Positions 22,367-33,429 of a stretch of 39,029 nucleotides of DNA are shown in pieces (position 1 is the stretch's first letter; each line of letters opens with the position of its first letter). The notes beneath the pieces were generated by a model. That model had not been told where the DNA came from. It did no database searches and was given only the letters and a program-made list of their open reading frames with translations. The DNA is from Callorhinchus milii. Its lineage: Eukaryota. The DNA is taken from contig NW_024704749.1 in NCBI RefSeq assembly GCF_018977255.1, positions 9,510,972 to 9,550,000 of the forward strand, written 5' to 3'. The position numbers were made by a program, and so were the translations under genes.

Positions 22367-25030
22367 GTTCCCAGGGTACGTAAGCACTTAAGAGACACTA
22401 CCCTGCGTGAAGGGCGTTATATAAATGCAAGTTGTTGTTCGCGGTCACTCCCTTGGATTGGGTGCTCTCTCTTTCCCTCAGTGACTCTCTCCCCTGCCCT
22501 GTGAGCCTTGACTATGTGTTCCGCTTCTCTCGCGTGTTTATTCCTGTCTATCCCTCCTTCCTTTCCCTGTCTATGTCTCTCTCCCACTTCAAGGTGTGTG
22601 TGTGTGTGTGTTGAGTTGCAGGTGTCTGTCTGTCTGTCCTTTCCCCTCCTATACCTGTTTGTGTGTCTCCCTTCCCCACTCCTCTCTCTCTCCCTCTCTC
22701 CCTCTCCCAGGACTGATGTGTGAGCTGGTTTCCGCCTTATCCTTTAATGAGTTTTGGGCAGGTATAACCAACCTTATGTCTCCCATTGGCTTCCCTACAC
22801 ACACAGCCCCCGCCCTGTGCTACACATGGTGCCAATGACCTTGTGTGGAGAGGGAGTGGCCCGAAGCCACACACACACAAACACACACAGGGTGGGAGGT
22901 CGAAGCAAGGACATACTGCAGGGAACGCCTGACTGGGTTCACACACAGCACAGAAACCAGCAAAGGGACAGCAGTGAACAGGGAGGAAAAACCCAGACCA
23001 ACAGCAGCACCTGGGAATCAGGTCCAGGTCCTCAGGGCAGTGTGCAGGGATCAGCACTGGGCACACACATCTGCCCAAGGAACGAATGTGTAGCTGAATC
23101 CCAGTCACAGCCTCAGCAAATCATTCTGGTCTCTGCCCCACGCCCTTCCCTGTCTATGTCTCTCTCCCACTCCAAGGTATATATGTATATATATATATAT
23201 ATATAAACGTGTGTGTTAATCTGCCTGTGTGTGTGTGTGTGTATGTGGGTGGGGTAGAAGGAGGCTGTGTATCTCTCTGCCCCTCTCCTCTGTCTCCTTC
23301 TCCCAGTGTGAGATGGTTTCCCAGACAAGCCAGAATATTTGCTGAGGCTGCTACAAGTCAGCCACTCTGTCCCTGTCTCTCTCTATCTCTGGCTGGTAAC
23401 TGTGATGAGATCACTGAATGAGTCACAGCTCCTGGGCAAGTCCCCGAAAAGGGCTTGTAGCCAAACAATCAGCAAGTGTCTGTTTGCGGTCTCACTTCCC
23501 CGAGCAGGTCGGCGGGACAGGCAGACCTGTCTGTCTGACAGATGGCACTAATTCAAGGGCTTTTGGTGGCGGCAAGCCACTACATCGAGGACGGTGCTGT
23601 CAGTGCCAAGGATAAACCCAAACTCCTTGACTTGCCTCCGTCATAGTCAAGTCAAGGTAGAACGCAGTAATAAATACTGTGTGTCCAATCAGCTTTGTTA
23701 GAATCAGGTTAGCAGGTTGCTGGTAACATGTCAGTTGGATCATATTAACTGGGTACAATCCTGCACATTTATCCACCAACAAATTCACTCTCACAGTGAG
23801 TGACAACAATAATAATAATAAACATCCTTGCATTTGATATCGCGCCTTAATAGATATTCGAGACGTCTCAGGTGCTTCACAAAATATGCAGTAAAGTGAA
23901 TTGACTGTATATTTTGTGGGCCAAAGATAGAGGAAGAGTTGCATTACATCCCTCGGCCACGCTGCACTTTCTTGTGGCCGGTCATAAGAGCAGGAAATGT
24001 GGGGGATTCCTTGGACCTGACATTGCTCCTGTCAACCAGGCAGACCCAACAATTCTCCTTCCTCCTTAAGAATAACAATAATCCTTACATTTGGTCTAGC
24101 ACTTTCATGCCAGGACGTCCCAAAGAGCTCCACAGCATATACTGTAAAGCGTATGTAAAGTGCAGTGACTGTGTGTTTTGTGGGTGATTCAGAGTGGGAA
24201 CTCAATTGTAAGGAACCACAGCTGTTAAGTCTGTACTAATTCCCTGCCAGAGGGTGTTGGGGGCATCACCAAACCGTCCTGCTATGAAAGCAGTTTTACG
24301 ACAAGAATTTGAATCGCAGTTGTTTCTCCTTATCTGTCAAGGGTCCAGTCTGCAAATGGCTTCTAGTTACTGGGAACAGCAGTGAACAGGGAGTGACCAG
24401 AGAGTGACATTCTGAGGCGCGTGACTCCAGCTATTGATCTAGCCTTTTAAATAATAGTCTTTGCATTTGATAGTGTCTTATCACAGCATCAAAATATCTC
24501 AAAGTCCTTCATAGAATTTACTGTAAAGTGTAATGACTATGTAGGAGAAATTAGCTGTAGATGTATCTGTGTGGGTCAAAGAACCTTGGAACTGTGACAC
24601 AATCTGTCCCCTCTCTAGTGCAAGGGACTATAACACCCATTGAACTGCCATCTTAAACATCTTAAACAGTTCAGTAAATGGTGGATACAATTCCCTGTGG
24701 GTACCAGCTGTTAAATTAACACTTTGTTTACTTTCCTGCTATTTGAGCACAGCAGTGTCCCACAAACAACAATAAAGTGCATTACCAACTAATCTACGAT
24801 CGTTGTCCAGGACACCGGGAGAAACTCCCTTCGCTTTTCTCATATCATTAACGGCAATCCAAAAAGAGGGAGCCAAGTCCTCAGTTTAATATCATTCCAA
24901 ATTTCGGGCACCTCTGAAATGTGTGCTCTTAGCAAAGTGAACACATTTTTAAAAAAAGTAGCTGCAACATTTTAATGAACTGAGAATTCTTGGACACCAG
25001 CAGCTTTCTGCCTGGTCCTTGCCACGGGGA

Positions 25031-25813
25031 CTAGCAGATCCTGGATGCTGTGGGCCTCGTTTTACAGGGTGAGACCACACTCTTGAGGAACTTTTGCAGC
25101 AGAGCTTTGTCCCTCTTAGACACCGTGCACAGGTGGGCATTGATTCTGGCAGGTTCCATGTTTTTTAGGATTGAGGCGAGTCCATCGTAGACGTTGCTGT
25201 AGTCCGTCTGGTAGGTGGTCATCTTTTTCCTTTTCTCCTGGTTTTTGACATGAGCGTAAGTTACATTTGGAGTTATTCCTTTGGGAGGATAATCCCGGTG
25301 GGCATTGCTTCCATATCGGGAGGTATCAACCATCAGCTCGCAGTTTATGTACGGTAAGCGAAACTTATCCCGGAATTCAGAAATGAGGGGATGTGGGACT
25401 TCCTTCTTCCAGTCAGGGGGTCTGGGGATAATGGGTTTCATCTCAAAATCTTTAAACTTATCTGGGAATTCTTTCCGGTACATAGTGCAGTAATCCCCAC
25501 TGAGCCGCTTGAACACTTCATCCTCACTCAGTGGTTTATCCCAACAATCATCGATCTTGTGGTCCTTGTCGTGTTCTTTGCGATGCAGATGGTATATCAT
25601 GAAGGTTTTGTTGGGGTGGGGATTGTTCCTCTTACTCTCAGTCAAGCAGCCGGTTCGGAATATGGTCGGTCTGGAATAAGGATGAGCCACATAATCGTGT
25701 CTGTTTGTGGTCTCGTGTGGGTCAAAGTGTTTTAAGCCTCTCGGGCAATCTTGTTTCTCTTTTGCTCTATTCTTCCTTTTGTCCTCAGTTTTGATACAGT
25801 TTAGTGACTCCAT
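25031..25813 (-). CDS. TEX26: TEX26-like protein (intronless), 260 aa
   Basis: Motifs collinear with remembered human TEX26: DWKKEVPHP..SEFR, RYG, KGITPNV..AHVKNQEKRKKMTTYQTDY, HLCTVSKRDKALLQKF. Strong Kozak gcaATGg; ATTAAA (-) at 24971-24976. Confidence 0.85.
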   Translation of the reverse strand: MESLNCIKTEDKRKNRAKEKQDCPRGLKHFDPHETTNRHDYVAHPYSRPTIFRTGCLTESKRNNPHPNKTFMIYHLHRKEHDKDHKIDDCWDKPLSEDEVFKRLSGDYCTMYRKEFPDKFKDFEMKPIIPRPPDWKKEVPHPLISEFRDKFRLPYINCELMVDTSRYGSNAHRDYPPKGITPNVTYAHVKNQEKRKKMTTYQTDYSNVYDGLASILKNMEPARINAHLCTVSKRDKALLQKFLKSVVSPCKTRPTASRIC

Positions 25814-26334
25814 TGCTCTTGAGGAGGCTGGCCTGATTCCAGGGAGCTACCTCATCACTTACCGATTGTTTGATCCTTTAAATCTGGCACAGGGTAGATT
25901 TGCTCTCACAGCCAAGGTCCTGACCAGAGACTTTCCTCAGAGATGAATAGATTGTGGTTAAATTGTTCCAAGACGCTATCCTGAGTAAAAGGCGATATAT
26001 ATAAATGCAAGTTGTTGTTGTTACTATGCGGTTGACAGTGAACTGAAAGGATTGTGATGTCTCCAGCTGATGGTTACATCATGCTGACATGGTCTCTGCT
26101 GGTCTTTGCTCCTGTGTCAGTGTTTTCTCTATTGTATGACACACGTTACAAACTAGGCAGAAATGCATAAAGGAAAGTGTTTTTCACTTTGTCACCCTAA
26201 TGTTCGCACAATCCATCACACTTTACCATAATTCCTGTGAAGCACTTTGAGACGCCTTGATAATGTGATAAAGTACTATATCAAATGCAAAGATTACTAT
26301 TATTATACATCACCAGCTATTTTGCAAAATAAAC

Positions 26335-26600
26335 ATGGTCTCAGGGCAGCACTTTTGCCTGCGGGTCAAAAGATTACGGGTCAGTACCTATCACGACTTG
26401 AGCTCACACTCTAACATGATATTCCAATACAGTACAGTGGGAGCACTGCATTGTCGAGGTCTATTATCTTTTGAATGAAATCCTAAATCAATTCCCACCA
26501 CCACCAGTGACGTGATCTCATGAAATTATGCCCAAGATCTAATGGCTGTTTTGTGGGCTATTGCTGTATGCAAATTGGCTGCTGTGTTTGCCTACAAGAG
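26335..26600 (+). mobile_element. Degenerate Deu-like SINE between the TEX26-like genes
   Basis: Similarity to the 18594 and 20205 copies. Confidence 0.55.
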
Positions 26601-26871
26601 TGCTTGCGATTGAGCCAAGCTGACAATAATACTTTTGACATTACCTTCTCCAGCTCCCTGGCATCATCAGTCTCAGTACGGTGTTAGTGACTTTCTCTGG
26701 TGTACCTGTACCTTGTGGGAATGTGACTGGACTACAAATTTCAGAATGTGGTGTAACAAACACAGCATATACATATGCCTCATGACTTTTTCCGTTTTAT
26801 TATTGAAACAGGCCTTGTTAGCACTTTCCCCTTTCCGTTTCTAAGAGTTCTCTGCAGTAGTGAGATCTATT

Positions 26872-27768
26872 TCACCCCTGAGGTGGTGAAAGGCTGGGAT
26901 CGGAATCGTGGATGCAGTATTGGCTGGTCTCACGAGCCCTAGGATCTATCACTTTGCTGGTACAAGCTTCAGTCACATTTTCCAGAAACTCTTCCAGCAC
27001 TTCCCTCTCTTTGCCACTGACAGTCTGTAGGTATCTCTCAATTTCCGATTGTTTCAAGGAGTTTACGCTTGGTGAAATCTCTATGCAGCTGTTGCCAAAG
27101 TCTCGCTCATATGTGGTCAAAGGACTATTGTCCTTGCTGTGGAATCGAGAATACTTCACAGTGGGGATCATTCTTGTCTGAAGCTGGCTAGCATTAAGTT
27201 GACAATTGTTTTTCAGCTTGGGCAAACAGCACGTCTTCTTACTGCAAGACAGTTCAGGAAGAGTGTTTTTTCCCTTGAAATACTCTGACTTTTTCCGATA
27301 ATCTCTCTGATATGTGCTGCTGAACAGTATGTCCATCGCTTTCTTCACCAGGCCTTCGGGAGGTGGTTTCTTCCAGTAGGATTGTTGGTCAGACACGGCT
27401 TTGACCTGTTGCTGACTGAGGTTCACATTAGCATTCTTGTTGGGGTAAGTCACAAACAAATGAGGGTACACAGGCTGCAGGCGCCCACATCGTTGCCAAC
27501 ACAAATTGGCAATGTTGCTAGGCACACACGGGTAAGTATATCCTTTAGAATAGTGTGGATGCATCATCTTAGTTCGCGAAAGTGGTCTGTAAACATAGTC
27601 ATGTTTAGTTGTCGTCTCGTACGGATCCCAACGATTTGAATATTTTGCACAATCCACCTTGGTTTTGGACGAAGTGGCTTTGCTGCTTCCTTCATCTTCA
27701 TTTTCACTGCAGTCACTTTTTTCTTTAGCTGAAAATGTCTGATTGGCAGCATTTTTCCTCTGCCTCAT
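26872..27768 (-). CDS. Second, more divergent TEX26-like protein (intronless), 298 aa
   Basis: WDPYETT...KGYTY, WKKP...FSSTYQRDY, TTYERDF...EIERYLQTVSGKEREVLEEF are collinear with TEX26 and with the neighbouring ORF; AATAAA (-) at 26796-26801. Confidence 0.78.
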   Translation of the reverse strand: MRQRKNAANQTFSAKEKSDCSENEDEGSSKATSSKTKVDCAKYSNRWDPYETTTKHDYVYRPLSRTKMMHPHYSKGYTYPCVPSNIANLCWQRCGRLQPVYPHLFVTYPNKNANVNLSQQQVKAVSDQQSYWKKPPPEGLVKKAMDILFSSTYQRDYRKKSEYFKGKNTLPELSCSKKTCCLPKLKNNCQLNASQLQTRMIPTVKYSRFHSKDNSPLTTYERDFGNSCIEISPSVNSLKQSEIERYLQTVSGKEREVLEEFLENVTEACTSKVIDPRARETSQYCIHDSDPSLSPPQG

Positions 27769-29999
27769 TCTTCACTCTTTTAGTCACAGGAATGACACAT
27801 TTAGGGGTATGAAAGAAATCCCATTAGATGTGACGGAAGTTCTTAGAAGACCAAATTCTGCCCAGGAGGGCTGATGATCTTCTTAACCTTCAACTCCTGC
27901 GTTGTGTCACTGGTTAGATAAGCATGACATTGCGTGGGATAGGTATTTGGACTAAAGATTAAAGCTTGTTAGATTACTAATGGTGCAGCAGCATATTAAC
28001 ATGGACATGGATTAACATGTGACATCACATTGATGTTACACATCACAGCACACGGGTCACTGCCTGGTTAGCGCCACTCAGGGATCAGTATCAAAAAGTC
28101 TCTTGTCCTTTAATGACCTTCTCTGGTTGGAACCCAACTGGACACGGGACAGCTGTCAGTCAGTGCATTCCAAGATAGCAACTGCATGGAAAACTTGAAG
28201 GGGGTGGAGGGGAAGAGGATATGTAGAATAACAGAGAGCAGCAAGTGATTACCATGTATAATCTGCAATGTTAGTGTGAAAATCAAAGTGAGTTCATTGA
28301 CTCCTACTCACTCATTCTTCTTCATACTGACCTCCTTCTCAGCCTCCTCCTCCCACAACCCACAGGCTTTTAAATCCCAAGTTTGGTGTTCCCCTAACCA
28401 TTGGTTCTTGGGTTATGTCAGCAGCTCCTCTTCTCTACTACCTTTGGTGGTGACTTGCACTGGGATCCTTGGCCTTTCGTCCAGATATTTTAATGAACAA
28501 AAACCTAATCTGTGTTTGTAAGTGTTTCTACAAAGAATACGTCAATAATTTCATAACATAAATCTTGAGTTGACAGTGATCACTGTCCAATGTTATTCAC
28601 GTGGCTTCACATTACCATAGAAGCTTTACAGACGCACATTTCTTCTGGTGACACAAGCTTGCTATTACTTGCTGTGATAGTGGTCTGACCCCGAGGCATA
28701 TCCTTAATTCATAACATTGTATAAATAGCTGTAAATTTGCTTACAAAAACAGTCGTTTTTGTAATTACAAGTGTAAATTATTGTAAAGTCTCCTTTCAGC
28801 ACACTAGGGAGCAATAGGAATGAAAGTTCTTTTCCGTTTCTGTCGAACCGAAACAATGAAAATCAAAAGCAGCATTCAGTTAAAAGTTACGTAAATCTGT
28901 ATTAGGACATGCCTGCTGTGCTGTGTCTATGTCATTATGAAAGTATATTAAGGATTATTATGTCATCATTAAAGTACTCACCCAGTCACATCTGCATATC
29001 TGCCAGTACTGTGCTACCCTGAAAGTCCATAGATAATTTCTGGAGGTCTACAAACCTCTAACACAGAGACTAAATTCAAGCCCCAGCAGAGCCGGGACCT
29101 TGGGTTCAGCTGCCACAGTCATTTACCTTCAATAACCATTTGCAGTAATCAGATTGCCAGCATCAACAGTACCGGGGTCAAATCTTAGGTACTGTTGATC
29201 AGCAGGATAACAGACTTGTTGGTAAAGGCCAGGGTTAGGTCACGGTTGTCGAGTTGCTATCCTAATTCCTGCTGAGTCTTCAGAACACAAATTGTTCTAA
29301 GAATGAGTCTCACGCTGGCCTGAACTGATCTATCTCCTTCTCGCTCTTGAGGTGAGAGGGATCAGCTTAAAAGCGTTTAGTGCTTAATTACAGGATTTAG
29401 TTGCTGCAAACCGTTCCACTGAAGGACTTTGTAAATTTCTGGTCTCATTTTAGGCTTTGTTCGTGAGTTGCATTTTTAGACCATAAGGAGTTAACAAAAT
29501 ATTGTTAATCATATCAGCAGAAAACCAATCGCTGGGTGTGCATGCTACCATGCCCAAATTTTACAGATTAGTTTCGTTTTTCTCCCTATCCATTTAGCTC
29601 AAGTTACTCTGAATCCACAAGTGGTGCAGTGTGATACAGTGATGACCACACTTTAATGTTAGAGATCAGTGCAAGAAATCTCACCAAGGTCTAGATTTAC
29701 TCTATTTACGTAGGTTTTAGAATATCAACAAATTGGTAAATTGTTGAATTCCATCTTAACTTTGCTATTGATTTTCTGAAAGCTCTTAAAAGAAACTTAA
29801 CAAAAAGCAACTTCAAAAATAAGTTACTTCACTGGGGACACTATAGAGGTACAGTTATTAAACGGAATTGAGAATATTTAGCACAGAACAAAATGCATCC
29901 AAGAGGAGGGAAGAAAAGGATATGGCAGGGAGTAAGAAATAGTTGAAAATTCATATAGGGTATAAAGACTGGCACAGACTGGTTGGGCTCAGTGGCCTG

Positions 30000-30285
30000 T
30001 ATTTTCTTTGTAAATACTTTTGGTTGCAGAGACAGTAGAAGACGATGTAGGTTTAGAGCTGCAAATGACAATATCAGGACCGACACCAGGTTATTTCTTT
30101 AACCAGAGGTTAATTATCAATCACAACAGGTTACCAGGAAGAATGGTTGAGGCCTCTACGTTGGACTCATTTTAAAAAAACAGCTTGATGCTGTGATGGG
30201 AAGACAGTAGGGTGGACATTCGGGAATGATGAGATCAGATGGCCTGAAGAGCCTTCTTCATCCAAACCAAGCTCGTGAACATGAA
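30000..30285 (+). mobile_element. CR1-like LINE 3' end fragment
   Basis: ttctttaaccagagg...aaacagcttgatgctgtgatggg...gatggcctgaagagccttcttcat tail. Confidence 0.65.
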
Positions 30286-32889
30286 CTGGAAAAGAATTAG
30301 TTGGCAGTGTCTGCCCAAGGTGTGCTTCAGCCCAACACCAACAGAACATGGGCAGAGCCTGTGCTGGAGGCACTCCAAGAGCAAAACACCTTCAAAAAGG
30401 AATCTCACTTGCAGCAAAGCGCAAGAGAAATACAGAGCTAAGAAGAAGCTCATATAAATGAGTAAAGATATAGGCCAGGCATGCTGTGCACTGGCTCCTG
30501 AGGCACGCCAGCTGTGGAATGTAGCAATGCAGGATTGTGTAACACAGTGCTCATGCTCCAGTCACTTTGCGGTCTGAGAGGAATTTCACTACTTCACTTG
30601 GTTTCATCCATTCAGTCCGAGATGAAAGGATGTTGTCTTTATACTCAGATCACTAACATTTTCACTGGGATTATTGTTGTATGAATCACAATTAAAAGAT
30701 CCAACATTCCAACTAGTCTCAGCATGCAAGAACCATTTTGTATTCAAAATTAAGATCACAAGAAGTGGTAAAATATTCTTAAACTTGGTCTTAATTTGGA
30801 AAACTGATTTCCTTTTAAGCATGAAGATGTGATGAAGCACTATATCTAATGCAAGGATTATTATTATTATCTATATTGTTGGCAGAGTTCAGTAAAGCGG
30901 TGCTTACATCGCATGGAATGGGTGAAAGCTTCCTGCTCTTCATCAGATGAGCATGATATTGTGTAGTGACTGTATATTTTGTGGACAAAATATATACATA
31001 TGTATGAACTCCCATATGAACAAACCGAATTAAATTATACCCAAATTCAAGCAATAAATATGGTTATGGCAGTTTTTTTTAAAGCCATAAAGCACTGCAA
31101 CATACTCAAGCCTCTGCACCCAATGTATTCCCAATTCCAACATGGACATCTGTCTCTCACTGCTCTGTGCAGGGACATCATGGAGTTAGAAGTAATACAA
31201 TTTTCAGACACCTTTCTGCTCCCAGTAACACCACCAATCACCATGGACATTTGGCCCAAAATCTCCATGTGGAACAAGGAGATCTAGCCTTGGATTTTTT
31301 CACAGATCATATAATTTGTCCCATCAATGGTTCAACGCTACAGATTTGACTTTCAGAGGGCAGTGACTAAACACAAGTAAACCATTCAAAACACCGTAAA
31401 TGTGTGAAACTTTTCCCAGGCTCCCTCCCCAGCCAATTTAGTGAAACTGCAATCTAAACATCACAACTTATACCAGCAGGTCTCCACGGGAGACAGTTCC
31501 AACATTGATCACCTTTGTTTGCACTGTACTTTCTTACCTATGGGGGGAGAATATAGGGTCTGTCTCTGCAGCAGAATGTTGGCTGATGGAACTCCGAAAC
31601 TAGCTCCACAGGACAGTCAAGTCACATTTAGTCTTTCAGGTAATGTGTGTCACATCCAGAAAATCCTTCAATCAGGTATCAAGCTGAGAAAGGAAATTGA
31701 GAGTAAAGTTACAGGACTAAAGTGCTGTAAAATCAGTCACAGTAGTGTACAATTGGGAACAATGGAATCCGCCCATTCAGCTCCTGTTAACCCTGAAAAC
31801 AGGTAGGGTGGACCTAGCTGTTTACCTGTCTGAGTGCCCGCACGTGACACCTCTGTGCTCGGGGTAAGTTCCTCGCTGTCAGGAGCAGGCCTGGAGTCTG
31901 GCGTGACCTTGAGCGAGAGGAGCTAGGATATTTGGGAAATGTCCACTTCCCGTTCCTCTGCCCTATCCAGACCCCCCCTGCCTCCCACTCATTATCATCA
32001 TTGGCATTTTGGTGTCCGCTGCTGTATTTCCTGCTATCACAAAGAAAAAAATAAGAGTCTCCTGGGGCTGTGAACGGACATTCACAAATATATCCCTCAT
32101 TATTTTGTCGTTTTCCCGGTCCTCCTAATGAGAAAGGAAGATTGTGATTCACAGACTCTCAGCAACACTGACAGCCTTCGGCACACATCACAGGAACGGC
32201 CACGCTTTAACATGATCTTTTGGTCTGAATGTAAATTTTTACAGAACGTGTCACTAAGACAGTGACTGACACACAACAGAGCAAGGGAAGAGACACTCAC
32301 CAATTCACTCTCTTCTTCTCGGCCTCGTCACCTGGAATCACACCAGAAACATCAGTTGGTGTTGGAGCATATTCTTCTTGGCTCAACCTTTAAGATCGTT
32401 GCTAACAATGCTGAAGATTGACTCTAACTGCAGTCTGTCAGAGCGGAGCTGATGGCAGTCTCACATCACAAGCTCTGGTTTAAGTCTCTCCACACCGGAC
32501 CAGGAGTCCAGTCGGCCATGACTCTGGTAAAACATGTTTTGCCAAGCATCACTGACTCCTTTTTAAATCTCAATCCATCATTATCTGTGTCTCTTCTGGG
32601 GCAGGATATCATTCTTATTCCACAATCAGGTTTCCGTTACTTTTCCACCCTTGAGGCTCGAATTCCCGTCGGTGTAATGGGGAAATCTCGATACAGTGTC
32701 AGCGTCACTGCTCCTGATCGACCAGTAATTCCAGCCTCTGAACGCTTCATTTCACCAGCGATCAAACAGCGGCGCAATGTAGTGACCTTCAATTGGATCA
32801 AATTCACACATTTTTGCAGCTCTTCATTTATCCCCAAAACTAAATTCATGCTCTCGTGGAGCTTCCTGGAATCATGGGCTTGGGAATGA

Positions 32890-33420
32890 TGTGAGGCAAA
32901 CCAGATGCGAAGCTGTATTAAAAGGGCAATATTGAGTCAAAAATAGTGAGGTAATCCTGCCACTTTATAAATCACTGGTGCGAACGCACTTAGAATACTG
33001 TGTGCAGAGAAGAGAAGGTCGAGGGGTGATACGATTGCAGTTTTTAAGAATCTGAAGGGAATAGATACTGTAGTAGACAACGATAAGCTGTTTTATCTTG
33101 CACTGAGCAGTACAACCAGAGGACAGGGCCTGCAATTGAAGGGGGGGGGGGGGTAAATTCAGAATAAATCTGCAGAAACACTACCTCGGTGAGCGAGCAG
33201 CGAACTAACTAACGGAACAGGCTCCCTCGAGAGACGGTGGAAGCAGAAATTGTCATTCGTTCCAAGAACAAATCAGTTAAGATTTCTGCTGGAAAATAAT
33301 AACAGGACGCAGTACGTAGTTTGGGACACGGCATGTCAAGCCACTGCCGGGTCATGGTGGAAGGCCAACGAGATGGACCTCGGTCTTCTTTCGCCAGCAA
33401 ATGATTACGTCCTTACGTGC
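32890..33420 (+). mobile_element. CR1 LINE 3' fragment with internal deletion
   Basis: VILPLYKSLVRTHLEYCVQ joined to RR.RGD.I.VFK.LKG and TRG...L; 3' tail near 33370-33415. Confidence 0.8.
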
Positions 33421-33429
33421 CGGAAGGCG

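Noticed and set aside
32452-32889. 145-aa ORF on +
   Set aside because: No recognisable domain, splice support or related sequence
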